Of a stretch of 41,914 nucleotides of DNA, positions 1 to 9,100 are shown one piece after another (the stretch's first letter is position 1; each line of letters opens with the position of its first letter). Both the position numbers and the translations under genes were made by a program. The DNA lies in assembly GCA_021782015.1 (NCBI GenBank), contig JAJXVS010000001.1, forward strand, positions 1-41,914. Direction: 5' to 3'. Source of the stretch: a bacterium. Its GTDB lineage: Bacteria; Spirochaetota; Spirochaetia; Treponematales; Rectinemataceae. The notes under the pieces were generated by a model. It was not told the DNA's origin. It saw only the letters and a program-made list of their open reading frames with translations, and searched no databases.

Positions 1-57
1 GACCCGGCCGCGACCACCGAGGCGAGCCTCGGCGAGCTGTCGACGGGCGTCGCATAG
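1..57 (+). CDS. 3' end of an unidentified upstream CDS (runs off the window)
   Basis: Frame 1 is open from the window edge (..DPAATTEASLGELSTGVA) to TAG 55-57. GGAGG 58-62 and GTG 71 of the next gene follow directly, so it is probably the preceding cistron of the ABC transporter operon. Function is not assignable from 18 codons. Confidence 0.3.
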   Translation, partial: DPAATTEASLGELSTGVA

Positions 58-70
58 GGAGGTAGAGAAG

Positions 71-1114
71 GTGATCACTCCACGCAGGATTCTCCGAAGG
101 TCCGAACCCTGGGTCCTGGCCGCCATACTTGTGCTCGGCGTCATCGTCCAGGCGAGATCGGGGCAGTTCCTCACGGGCAACAACCTCGTGGACCTCGCGC
201 GCGCCATCATAGTGCCGGGCCTGTTCTCGATCGGTTGCATGATGGTCATCGTCTCCGGAGGGATCGACGTCTCCTTCACAGCCATCGCCTCCCTCGCGAT
301 GTACGTGACGGACAAGACCCTCCTCGCGTCGAACTACTCGGGCAACGTCCTCCTCGCCTACTCGATGTCGGCGGGACTCGGCCTCCTGATGGGGGCCCTG
401 AACGGTCTCCTCATCGGCTTTCTCCGGCTACCCACCCTCGTGGTGACCCTCGGCACCGCGAGCCTCTTCACCGGCGTGATGTACGGGGTCTTTTCGGCGA
501 GCGCCTCCGATGTTCCTCCCTCGATCGCGGCCCACGGCAAGGAGATCCTCTTCACCGCGGTGAACCCCCAGTCGGGGCTCTCGTCGAACATGCCCTCCCA
601 AATACTCATCCTCTTGGGAATCCTCCTCCTCGTGTTTCTCTTATTGCGATACACCATGCTCGGAAGGGGCATCTACGCCATCGGGGGCGACGAGGCTGCG
701 GCCGAAAGGGCCGGCTTCAATGTGCCCTTCATCAAGCTCTTCCTGTATTCCTTCGTCGGCCTCCTCGCGGGCATCACCGGCATCTTGCGGATTTCCATGA
801 TCGCCTACGCCGATCCCTCCACCATGCTGGGCATGGAGCTGACCGTCATCGCCGCTGTCGTGCTGGGCGGAACCAGGGTCACGGGCGGCGTCGGCACCTT
901 GACGGGCTCCATTCTGGGCGTGGCCCTCATGACGATCCTCGCGAACAGCCTCATCTTGATGGGCATTCCAACTTACTGGACGAGGGCCTTCACGGGAATT
1001 GTCATCATCGTCGGCACCGGTGTGACTGCGCGCCAGATAGGCGCGCGACAAAGGGGTGGACGGAAAAAGGGCGCCGCTCGGCGCATCGATCGATCGACCG
1101 CGGCGAAGGCCTAG
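71..1114 (+). CDS. ABC transporter permease, monosaccharide (RbsC/AraH/LsrC-like) family
   Basis: 347-aa ORF with a GTG start 8 nt after GGAGG. It has multiple hydrophobic segments and family-typical motifs (VSGGIDVSF, AVVLGGTRVTGGVGT). The basic C-terminal tail fits a cytoplasmic end. Confidence 0.85.
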   Translation: MITPRRILRRSEPWVLAAILVLGVIVQARSGQFLTGNNLVDLARAIIVPGLFSIGCMMVIVSGGIDVSFTAIASLAMYVTDKTLLASNYSGNVLLAYSMSAGLGLLMGALNGLLIGFLRLPTLVVTLGTASLFTGVMYGVFSASASDVPPSIAAHGKEILFTAVNPQSGLSSNMPSQILILLGILLLVFLLLRYTMLGRGIYAIGGDEAAAERAGFNVPFIKLFLYSFVGLLAGITGILRISMIAYADPSTMLGMELTVIAAVVLGGTRVTGGVGTLTGSILGVALMTILANSLILMGIPTYWTRAFTGIVIIVGTGVTARQIGARQRGGRKKGAARRIDRSTAAKA

Positions 1115-1126
1115 GAGGAAACCGAC

Positions 1127-2176
1127 ATGGGAAAACCCCCATCGATTGTACCAATTACCAAGGCTCGCGGCCTCCGCGACCCGAATCTCCTTCGACTCTT
1201 CGTGATGCTTCTTTTCGTATTCGCCCTGATGACCGTCCTCCGGCCGAACCGATTCGCCACCATGGCCGATTTCAATTCGATGATGCGGCAGTTTCCCGAG
1301 TACGGGATCATGGCCATCGGCATCAGCCTGACCATGATCACCGGCGGCATCGACCTTGGCGTCGTGGGTACGGCGAATCTCTCGGCCATCGTGGCCGCCA
1401 AGTTCCTCATCGGGGCCGTGCCGCAGGGAGCGCCCCAGGAAGTGGTCCTTCCCTATCTCGTCGTCGCGGTTCTTCTCGCCCTGGCCACCGGGCTGGCCTG
1501 CGGCAGTTTCGCCGGCCTCCTCATTTCCCGCTTCAACATCCCGGCCATTCTCGCGACCCTTGGAACCCAGCAGCTCTTTACCGGCATAGCGATCGGCATC
1601 ACCGAAGGCCGCCCGCAGAGCCGGCTCCCGCTCTTGTATTCCAAGATCGGCAACACCGAGTTCTTCGATTTTGTGCCACTCTCCTTCGTGATATTTGTGG
1701 TCATCGCCGTGGGTGTCGGCCTTATGCTTTCCCGCATGCGTTTCGGGACCTATATGTACATGATGGGGACCAATCCGAAGGCCGCCCGCTACGCAGGGCT
1801 CAGCAACGCCACCATTCTCCTCCGCACCTACATGTTGTCGGGCCTCCTGTCCTCGGTCGCGGGCCTCATCATGATGGCCCGGGCCAACTCGGCGAAGGCC
1901 GATTACGGAGCGCCCTATACCCTCCAGTGCGTGCTGATCGCGGTCTTGGGAGGCATCGACCCCAACGGAGGCTTTGGCAAGATCGCCGGCGTGACCCTCG
2001 CAATCCTCATCCTCCAATTCCTGTCATCCGGGTTGAACATGTTCAATAGTATTTCCAATTTCTACAGGGATGTCATTTGGGGCGGTGTTCTCATTCTCGC
2101 CCTCGTCTTCAATCAGCTGCTCTCGCGGCGGGCGGAACGCCGAGGCCTCCGGCGGGAGGGCGCCAAGGTCTCCTGA
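1127..2176 (+). CDS. ABC transporter permease, second subunit of the same monosaccharide-type family
   Basis: 349-aa ORF. ATG 1127 is preceded by AGGAGG 1113-1118, which overlaps the previous stop. It is a paralogue of the upstream permease (MITGGIDLGV, AVLGGIDPNGGFGK), the heterodimeric permease layout seen in Lsr/Rbs-type importers. Confidence 0.85.
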   Translation: MGKPPSIVPITKARGLRDPNLLRLFVMLLFVFALMTVLRPNRFATMADFNSMMRQFPEYGIMAIGISLTMITGGIDLGVVGTANLSAIVAAKFLIGAVPQGAPQEVVLPYLVVAVLLALATGLACGSFAGLLISRFNIPAILATLGTQQLFTGIAIGITEGRPQSRLPLLYSKIGNTEFFDFVPLSFVIFVVIAVGVGLMLSRMRFGTYMYMMGTNPKAARYAGLSNATILLRTYMLSGLLSSVAGLIMMARANSAKADYGAPYTLQCVLIAVLGGIDPNGGFGKIAGVTLAILILQFLSSGLNMFNSISNFYRDVIWGGVLILALVFNQLLSRRAERRGLRREGAKVS

Positions 2177-2213
2177 GTCTGACTCGAGGATCCCTCAAGG
2201 TCGCGGCGGTGAT

Positions 2214-2239
2214 GGCCCGCCCGGGAAGCCGGGCGGCCC
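2214..2239. terminator. GC hairpin between convergent genes (candidate bidirectional terminator)
   Basis: CCGCCCGG-GAAG-CCGGGCGG forms an 8-bp stem plus 2 outer pairs. It is centred between the stops at 2176 (+) and 2247 (-). There is no U tract on either side, so this is only a candidate. Confidence 0.35.
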
Positions 2240-2246
2240 AGGCGCC

Positions 2247-2666
2247 TCATGCCTTCGGAATGTCGAAGTTGAGCATCCAGCGCAGGCCGAATTTGTCGGT
2301 GACATCGCCGTAGAGCGAGCCCCAAAACTCGACCTTGAGTTCGGAGTTCACCCTTCCCCCGATCGCGAGCTTCGGAAAGATCGACCTGATCTCGGCTTCC
2401 GAGGAACAGTTCACCATGAGATTGATCGCGGTCCCGATGGACACCAGCCCCTGGTCGCCGAGATTGTCCGAGGCCATCAGGCTCAGCGATTCGTTCTTGA
2501 GGTTGGCATGCATTACGAGATTCTGGGCTTCCTTGGGCATTTGCGCGCCGGCGGGCGATTGGCCGACAGTCATTATGTTCAGCTCGCCTCCGAAAGCATC
2601 TTTGTAGAAATTCATCGCTTCGCGGCAGGTGCCGTCGAAGGTGAGATACGCGATAATCGATGCCAT
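2247..2666 (-). CDS. VOC (glyoxalase-fold) family protein, PhnB-like
   Basis: The start is trimmed to Met13 of the track ORF (MASIIAYLTFDGTCREAMNFYKDAFGGE..), with AAGGAG 6 nt upstream (2673-2678). The C-terminus ..DKFGLRWMLNF is typical of PhnB/3-demethylubiquinone-MT-like VOC proteins. Confidence 0.8.
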   Translation of the reverse strand: MASIIAYLTFDGTCREAMNFYKDAFGGELNIMTVGQSPAGAQMPKEAQNLVMHANLKNESLSLMASDNLGDQGLVSIGTAINLMVNCSSEAEIRSIFPKLAIGGRVNSELKVEFWGSLYGDVTDKFGLRWMLNFDIPKA

Positions 2667-2811
2667 GTTGCTCTCCTTGTGAAAGGGCGGTGGTTTTCGC
2701 ATCGTCCGGGCTCAGCCGGTACGATTGCAGGGAATCGCGGTCCTATTGGGCGGTCGAGTTTATCCACTGCGGAGGGGCGCCAAGCCACTCCTGGCCGGCC
2801 ACGAGCCTCTG

Positions 2812-2840
2812 AAAATACCAACGAAAAAGGGGCGAAGCAA
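2812..2840 (-). promoter_or_regulatory. Candidate sigma-70 promoter for the VOC gene (TTGCTT-N17-TATTTT)
   Basis: Read on the minus strand: TTGCTT (2840-2835), a 17-nt spacer, then TATTTT (2817-2812). It lies 14 nt after the MBL stop and implies a roughly 140-nt GC-rich leader before ATG 2666. Confidence 0.35.
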
Positions 2841-2853
2841 CACAGGAATCGTT

Positions 2854-3636
2854 CTATTCCAGGACCAGTCCGTCCCATGCGGGCCGCGCCCCGACATCGG
2901 AGCCGAGGTTGCGGCACATGCCTTCAAGTTCCTCGTGCGAATGGTCATGGGTGATGTGGATGATCCACGTCTCCCTCGCGCCGATTGAGCGGGCGGCGGC
3001 GATGGCCTCGGCGACGGAAAAGTGCGTGGGATGGGGCTTGGCTCGAAGTCCGCCTATGGCGAGTCGTCGTGTGGGGACGCCCCCCGACCCCCTGAGCACT
3101 CCCATGGTCGAGGCAGGGATTCCGGAACAATCCGACATCCAGGCGAAATCGCCGAATTTCCAGCCGAGAATCGAGAGGCCCCCATGGCGGATCGGAAGAG
3201 TTTCGACGAATACCGAGCCGACGATGAAAGACTGCGGCGCCTCGATCAGGTCCATCCTCGGACGACCTCCCCCGATCTGTCCATCTTTCCTGAAGGCATA
3301 GGCGAAACGCTGTCGAAGTTCGGCCGCGCACTCGGCATCGGAGTAGACCGGAAGGGGGTGCTGCCAGGTGAGGGGTCGGATATCGTCTATGCCATGCACA
3401 TGGTCAGCATGCGCGTGGGTGAGGAGGAGGGCATCGATCGTCGAGATGCCAGCCCGCAGTGCCTGAAGCCTGAATTCCGGACCGGCATCGACGACAAGGG
3501 TCGTCCCGCCCTCCTTCACGAGGAGCGATGTCCGGAAACGCCTGTCTCGGGGGTCGGGCGAACTGCAGACGGGACAGCCGCAGGCGATGACGGGTACTCC
3601 GTGGCTCGTGCCGGTGCCGAGGAAGGTGAAGTTCAT
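2854..3636 (-). CDS. MBL-fold metallo-hydrolase (PhnP-like phosphodiesterase family)
   Basis: 260 aa. The N-terminus FLGTGTSHGVPVIACGCPVCSS and the HxHxDH motif (THAHADHVHG) are typical of PhnP/GPMSP-type metallo-beta-lactamase-fold enzymes. The start lies 8 nt after the upstream stop, so the genes form an operon. Confidence 0.85.
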   Translation of the reverse strand: MNFTFLGTGTSHGVPVIACGCPVCSSPDPRDRRFRTSLLVKEGGTTLVVDAGPEFRLQALRAGISTIDALLLTHAHADHVHGIDDIRPLTWQHPLPVYSDAECAAELRQRFAYAFRKDGQIGGGRPRMDLIEAPQSFIVGSVFVETLPIRHGGLSILGWKFGDFAWMSDCSGIPASTMGVLRGSGGVPTRRLAIGGLRAKPHPTHFSVAEAIAAARSIGARETWIIHITHDHSHEELEGMCRNLGSDVGARPAWDGLVLE

Positions 3637-3644
3637 TCTGCGGT

Positions 3645-5027
3645 TCAGTGAATCTGGGTCGGCCCGAGGGCCGGAGGGTCGAAGGCGATTTCCGCCTTTA
3701 CCCGCACGAGGTGGATCATCTGTCCCTTCGTTCTTTGGATGAGCGCGGCGAGACTCGTCTCCGCGTCACTTTCGAAAACGTCGGCATGGAAGGTCCCGCC
3801 CGAATCGAACCAGGGGAGGAGCAGGCTGACGTGGTAATGGTGGCGAAGTCCGGCCATGTCCTGTGCGCTGATCGAAGCAAGATAGAAATAGCCTGGGTCC
3901 TTGATCGCGAGCCACCAGAGGAGGGCGGGTATCCCTTCGGAGGCGAAGCCGGCATCCTCTTCGTAGGGCGCGAAATCGCGGTAGGCTGGATCTCCGTTGA
4001 CGGGGGCCGATTCCCCTTCGACCAGGGCGAAGGGGGCTCGAGTCACATCGGCGGCTTTGGGGCCCTCGGTGGGAAGGCCTTCCAGGACCGCGCCCGCCGC
4101 CAGGGCGAGGTTCCTCGTCCAGTCGAGGCCGAAATAGGGGTCGAGGCTGTCCTCGAAGGAGGGTTCGGCCGCGGACTTCCTCGTAGCGATGCGCTTGAGC
4201 GAAAGGGTCGAACGGTCGAGCCATTCGCCTGAAACAGGCTTGACGAGGCCGTCCACGACCCATTGGGCGAAGCCGGAGCAGTTGAGCCCGGCCGTCTTGG
4301 CGGCCTGCCTTTCGCCGCTCGCGATGAATACCGGCTTTCCCTGTGCGTCCAGGCCTCCGTCGTCCGCGTAGCGCAAGGATCGGAGCCGGGAGCGGATTTC
4401 CGAGTCGAGGGTCGAAATGGCGCCATAGTCGGCTGGATCGGGATCGAGGAGGGACCAGTCGAGGCTGCCGCGGGTCAGGTCGACGATGTCAGCCACGGTC
4501 GAAACGAGGATTCGGGAAAAAGGAAGGGGCAGGGGTGTATCCGCGGCGAAGACCCCCCCCTTGATGACGAGATCGAGGCGGCTTCGATCGGCATCGGGGC
4601 GAATGCGAATATAGGTGCCTGGATCGCTTTTGAGAAAGATCTTTACCTGGCTGAATTCATCGCTCCCGAACCTTCTTTTGATTATCCAGGTTCCCTGGGA
4701 ATAGAGCGGCCATTTTCCGTCCCTGCCGGCGGCGTAGACGATGTACTGATAGTTGCCCGAGGCGATGACCTCGCGCTTCCATTCTGCCCAACCGTTGCGG
4801 AGAAGGAGGGGATGGGCGCCGCGAAGCTCCTCTGTCCTCGCGTTGATGAAGGAATCGTAGTCGATACGCCGGAATTCGGCATTTTCGGGAAAATCGAAGA
4901 TGGGGCTGTCTCCGGGAAGGGGAGCCGAAACGCCTGCCCAGAGAGGTAGGGTGCCCGCCGTCAAAGAGAGAAGGGTGAGGGCGAGAAGCGCGGGCCATCT
5001 CGGCCTTGTCGGCAAGCTACACTGCAT
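3645..5027 (-). CDS. Secreted hypothetical protein with possible NlpC/P60-like Cys and His motifs
   Basis: The start is trimmed to Met54 of the track ORF. This gives a classical signal peptide (MQCSLPTRPRWPALLALTLLSLTAGTLPLWAG) and removes the overlap with the divergent gene. The internal motifs GLNCSGFAQWVVDG and HVSLLLPWFDSGGTFHAD resemble the NlpC/P60 catalytic Cys and His boxes. The family call is tentative. Confidence 0.6.
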   Translation of the reverse strand: MQCSLPTRPRWPALLALTLLSLTAGTLPLWAGVSAPLPGDSPIFDFPENAEFRRIDYDSFINARTEELRGAHPLLLRNGWAEWKREVIASGNYQYIVYAAGRDGKWPLYSQGTWIIKRRFGSDEFSQVKIFLKSDPGTYIRIRPDADRSRLDLVIKGGVFAADTPLPLPFSRILVSTVADIVDLTRGSLDWSLLDPDPADYGAISTLDSEIRSRLRSLRYADDGGLDAQGKPVFIASGERQAAKTAGLNCSGFAQWVVDGLVKPVSGEWLDRSTLSLKRIATRKSAAEPSFEDSLDPYFGLDWTRNLALAAGAVLEGLPTEGPKAADVTRAPFALVEGESAPVNGDPAYRDFAPYEEDAGFASEGIPALLWWLAIKDPGYFYLASISAQDMAGLRHHYHVSLLLPWFDSGGTFHADVFESDAETSLAALIQRTKGQMIHLVRVKAEIAFDPPALGPTQIH

Positions 5028-5036
5028 CACGTTCAG

Positions 5037-5065
5037 AGTATCGGCCTCCCTGCCGATGATTGTAA
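5037..5065 (-). promoter_or_regulatory. Candidate sigma-70 promoter (TTACAA-N17-GATACT) 9 nt upstream of ATG 5027
   Basis: On the minus strand: TTACAA (5065-5060), a 17-nt spacer, then GATACT (5042-5037). Only 9 nt separate the -10 box from the ATG and there is no SD, which implies a leaderless or near-leaderless mRNA. Confidence 0.4.
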
Positions 5066-5128
5066 GGCCGCTTCGATGGGCTTGTCTTTCGAGGCGCTGC
5101 CACCATTCCATCGAATCGGGGTATCGCG

Positions 5129-6082
5129 ATGCGCCGTTTTCTTTTCGCCTGTGTGCTGGGGCTGTCTGTCGCCAGTCTCGGCCCATCTTCCGAAAACGCG
5201 GCCACCGCGGCGGGGGGGAGGCTCCTCACCGGACCCGTTCCGACCACGCAGACACCTCCCTCCGAAAGCCTTCCCGATCGTGCGCGCCTCCCCCTCCGCG
5301 GCAACCGCATCCTCGCCTTCTACGGAAAGCCCGGCGCGAAGAGCATGGGCATACTCGGGGAGTATTCGAAGGAAGAGGTTGCCAATCTCCTCTTTGGCTA
5401 CGCGAAACTCTATGCCGATGCCCTCGCGGCCCAGGAGAAGGGCGAGGCCCCCGCGTCCGGCGTCATCCCGGCCTTTTATCTCGTATATGGGGCCTGCTGG
5501 CCTGGCGGTGACATAGGCTATCTGAGTGACTCGGTCGTAAAGGAATGGATTGACTACGCGGCGAGTCAGGGAATTCTCGTTTTTCTCGATCATCAGATCG
5601 GGCGCTACGGTGTCAAGGATGCCATGGATCACCTCCTCCCCTGGCTGGCCTATCCCAATGTTCAACTGGCCCTCGATCCTGAATGGCGGACCGAGAATCC
5701 GATGCAGGAGATAGGTTCCATCAGCGCGGATGAACTCAATCAAGCCCAATCCCAAATGTCCGACTACTTGAAGTCGCAAGGAATCCAGGGTGATCGTCTC
5801 CTTGTCGTGCATCAGTTTACCGCCGGAATGATCGCGGGCAGGGACAAGGTGAAGGCCGATTGGCCCGGTGTGCTCCTCATCCATACCACTGATGGCTTCG
5901 GCTCGCCATCGCTTAAGAAAAGCGTCTATTCCTGGAATGCGAAGGCGGTCAATATGCCGCTCAAAGGTGTCAAACTCTTCCTCAAGGGGCCGGTTCCCGG
6001 TGCCGGCTTCGACGATCCATTGCTGACACCCGTCCAGGTCCTCGATCTCGTTCCGACGCCCGAATTGATTATCTACCAGTAA
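5129..6082 (+). CDS. Secreted/lipoprotein-like hypothetical protein
   Basis: 317 aa with a signal peptide (MRRFLFACVLGLSVASLG). The codon third-position GC bias fits this frame and not the antisense 5033..5884 ORF. The conserved-looking core (ILVFLDHQIG, LALDPEW, VVHQFT) suggests an enzyme-like fold that I cannot name. Confidence 0.65.
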   Translation: MRRFLFACVLGLSVASLGPSSENAATAAGGRLLTGPVPTTQTPPSESLPDRARLPLRGNRILAFYGKPGAKSMGILGEYSKEEVANLLFGYAKLYADALAAQEKGEAPASGVIPAFYLVYGACWPGGDIGYLSDSVVKEWIDYAASQGILVFLDHQIGRYGVKDAMDHLLPWLAYPNVQLALDPEWRTENPMQEIGSISADELNQAQSQMSDYLKSQGIQGDRLLVVHQFTAGMIAGRDKVKADWPGVLLIHTTDGFGSPSLKKSVYSWNAKAVNMPLKGVKLFLKGPVPGAGFDDPLLTPVQVLDLVPTPELIIYQ

Positions 6083-6101
6083 CGGGGTCGAGCATTTTCG
6101 A

Positions 6102-6130
6102 TTGCATTAAGCCAGATACCTCTCTACTAT
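6102..6130 (+). promoter_or_regulatory. Sigma-70 promoter TTGCAT-N17-TACTAT
   Basis: Near-consensus hexamers with a 17-nt spacer sit in an AT-rich island, 37 nt upstream of ATG 6167. GGAGG lies at 6155-6159. Confidence 0.6.
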
Positions 6131-6166
6131 TAAGAAAAATACGCATTTCTCTCTGGAGGTTATTCA

Positions 6167-9100
6167 ATGCGGCTTCGCAGCCCCCTCATTGCGCTTTTCC
6201 TGCTCGGCGCGGCTCTGGCGCCGCTATCTTCCTATTCCCCGCCCGATGGCGGGCCTATGGTCCCCCTCCTTGGCTCCCCCGCCTCCTCAGGTGGAGGCCT
6301 TTCTTCCCAGTATGTCGATGCGCCCTGGGCCGACCGGCTCAATCCGGCGGCTTCGGGTTCCCAACAGAGGCCTGTGCTCGATCTTGGCTACGGTTTCCTG
6401 AGCGATTTCGCTTCGCAGGGCATCGGCACCGCCATTTCCCTTGGTACCTCCCTGCCGCAAAACTATGGCGTCTGGGGAGGGGGACTCGAATTCGTATCGA
6501 CTCCCTCCTCGATGAGCCAATTGCCTCTCGGCACCTTTGTCAATATTAGGGGTGGCATCGCCAAGGAAATCTACACGGGCCTCGATGTCGGCACCGGCCT
6601 CTCGGCGACCCTGGGATCCAATGGGGGCTTCGGTTGGGGCCTCGGCCTCGATCTTGGATTTTTGCAAAGGCTTTCGAGCTTCGCCGGGCTTAAGGACTTT
6701 CGATGGGGCCTCGCCTTCACCGGCATTGGGAAGGCCTATTCGACGCCCCTTCCCTCATCCTCTTCGGGCTATCCTCCGGCCTTCACCCTTTCGGGCGGCG
6801 CCAAGGCCGTATTTTTCAAGGCTGGCGACCTGAGTTTCGGCGGCGGCCTGGACCTTGCCGCGCCGGCCCTCCAGGATTTCGGATTCAATCTCTCCGGAAG
6901 CCTCGCCTACAAGGAATCCCTCGTGTTCCGCGCCGGCTGGGGCATTCCCTCCCTGCATTCCATCTCCAGCAAGTATCTCCTCCCCTCCTTCGGCCTCGTG
7001 GGCACCTTCCCCCTCTCGTTCAAGAAAGATGCATCCTTCATTTCGAAGAACGGCTGGGAGTCGAGCGATATTCGGCCCGCGATTTCAGCCCTGCCCCTCT
7101 ACGGCAACATCTGGCAGGTTGGCCTCGGGGCGACCGTCAACCTTGGCGTCGTGGACAAGATTCCGCCGACCATATCCCTTGACTTCCCCTCGTCCAAATG
7201 GGGCCCCGCCTATATTTCGCCCAATGCCGACGGCAAATTCGACAACCTGGTCATGCCCATCAAGATCGTCGACAACCGGTATATCGCCTCCTACGACCTA
7301 ACGATCACTCCCGCGGGCTCGACCACTCCCGTGCGGACCATAGCGAACAAGGAAAACAAGCCCCTCTCCTTCTCCTTAGCGACCCTCTGGCAACGCCTGA
7401 CCTATGTTGAAAATGGCATTCCCGTGCCGGATAAACTCGTGTGGAACGGCTTTGGCGATGCGGGGGAGCGGGTGCCCGATGGCACCTACGACGTCCGGCT
7501 CTCCGCGGCTGACGACAACGGCAACGTTGCGACCGTGGGCCCCTGGCAGGTGGTAGTCGACACGACGCCGCCGGCCGTGACCATCAAGGCTCCCGATTCC
7601 CTCATTTTCAGTCCCGACGGCGACGGCAATAAAGACACAATTACGATAGGTATCTCCGGATCGAAGGAGGACCTCTGGACCCTCGGCATCGAGGACGCGA
7701 CCGGCACCACCGTCAGGCATATCGAGATACGCGATGCCGCGCCCTCCGATTTCACCTGGGACGGCAAGAACGACGGGGGGACCATCGTTCCCGACGGCGT
7801 GTATTCGCTCATCCTCTCCTCGACCGATCGGGCCGGCAACGTCGGCTCGGGGCGCCTCGACAACATCATCGTCAACACCCAGCAGCCTCCCATCAATATC
7901 GCCATCGACAGCGCGGCCTTCAGTCCCAACGGCGACGGTTCGAAGGATACCATCGGTTTCCTGCCCAGCGTTCCCGTCCGCACGGGGCTTGTCTCGTGGA
8001 AGCTTTCGGTCCTCGACAAGAACCGCGCCGAAATTTGGTCGACGGGCGGAAGCGCGGCATCTGGGCTTCCACTTCGCTATGTCTGGGATGGCAAAACCAC
8101 CGCGGGCACATACATCGCCGAGGGCAATTACCAGGCTGAACTCACCGTGACCTACTTGAACGGCTACAGCCCTTTGAGCCTGTCTCCTTATTTCGTCTGC
8201 GATCTCACGGCGCCTCGTGCCTCGGTCAGCGCCGATCTGCCGGCCTTCAATCCCGAGGCCGTCGGCGGCCGCGATCATGTGACCTTCACACAAAGCGCAA
8301 CCAAGGATGCCCGGTGGACCGGCGAGATTTCGGGCGCCAACGGCAAGGTGGTCCGCACCTGGACCTGGAATGGACGACCCGATCCGAAGCTCGTCTGGGA
8401 CGGCACCAATGACGAGGGCGCCCTCGTGCCTGACGGGGCCTATTCCTACAAACTCAGCGGCATCGACGTCGCGGGCAACTCAACGTCCACAGCCCCCGCC
8501 CTGGTCTCCCTCGATACGGTCAAGAAAAAGGCCCGCCTCTCCGCCGACCTACGCGCCTTCTCTCCCAACGGCGACGGGGTCAAAGATACGGTCACGCTCA
8601 GCGACACGGTCGACCCGAACGAAAACATCAAGGCCTGGAGTCTGGCGGTGCAGGCCGCGGCCGAGGGCTCAGCGACCCCCGTGGGCGCGGTGCTGCGTTC
8701 CTGGTCCGGTGCGAAGGCCCTGCCCGACTCCTTCGTCTGGGATGGCCTCAACGACGACAAGACGAAGGCCCCCGACGGGCGGTACGTCGCCATCCTGACG
8801 GTCGACTGGATCAACGGCGATCACGCCACGGCCCAAACCCTGCCGATCACCCTCGACACGGTGGCGCCTTCCATCACGGTATCGGCCGCCCCCATGGTCT
8901 TCGCGCCCAACGGCAGGAGCTCGCGACCTTCGACCACGATCCATCAGACTTCGGTGCCCGGTGACGACTGGACGGGCGTCATCAAGGACCAGGACGGCAA
9001 CGTGGTCCGCACCTGGAACTGGCAAGGCCAGGCCCGCGATGTGGTCTGGGGCGGAACCGACGAATCGGGCAACAAGGTTCCCGACGGCCTCTACGATTAT

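Noticed and set aside
235-2049. Very long ORFs overlapping the two permease genes (235..2049 +, 604 aa; 641..2017 -, 458 aa).
   Set aside because: They are out-of-frame or antisense to two well-supported membrane-protein genes. Their translations are Arg/Pro/Gly/His-rich with no domain-like pattern, the typical stop-codon-poor shadow frames of GC-rich DNA.
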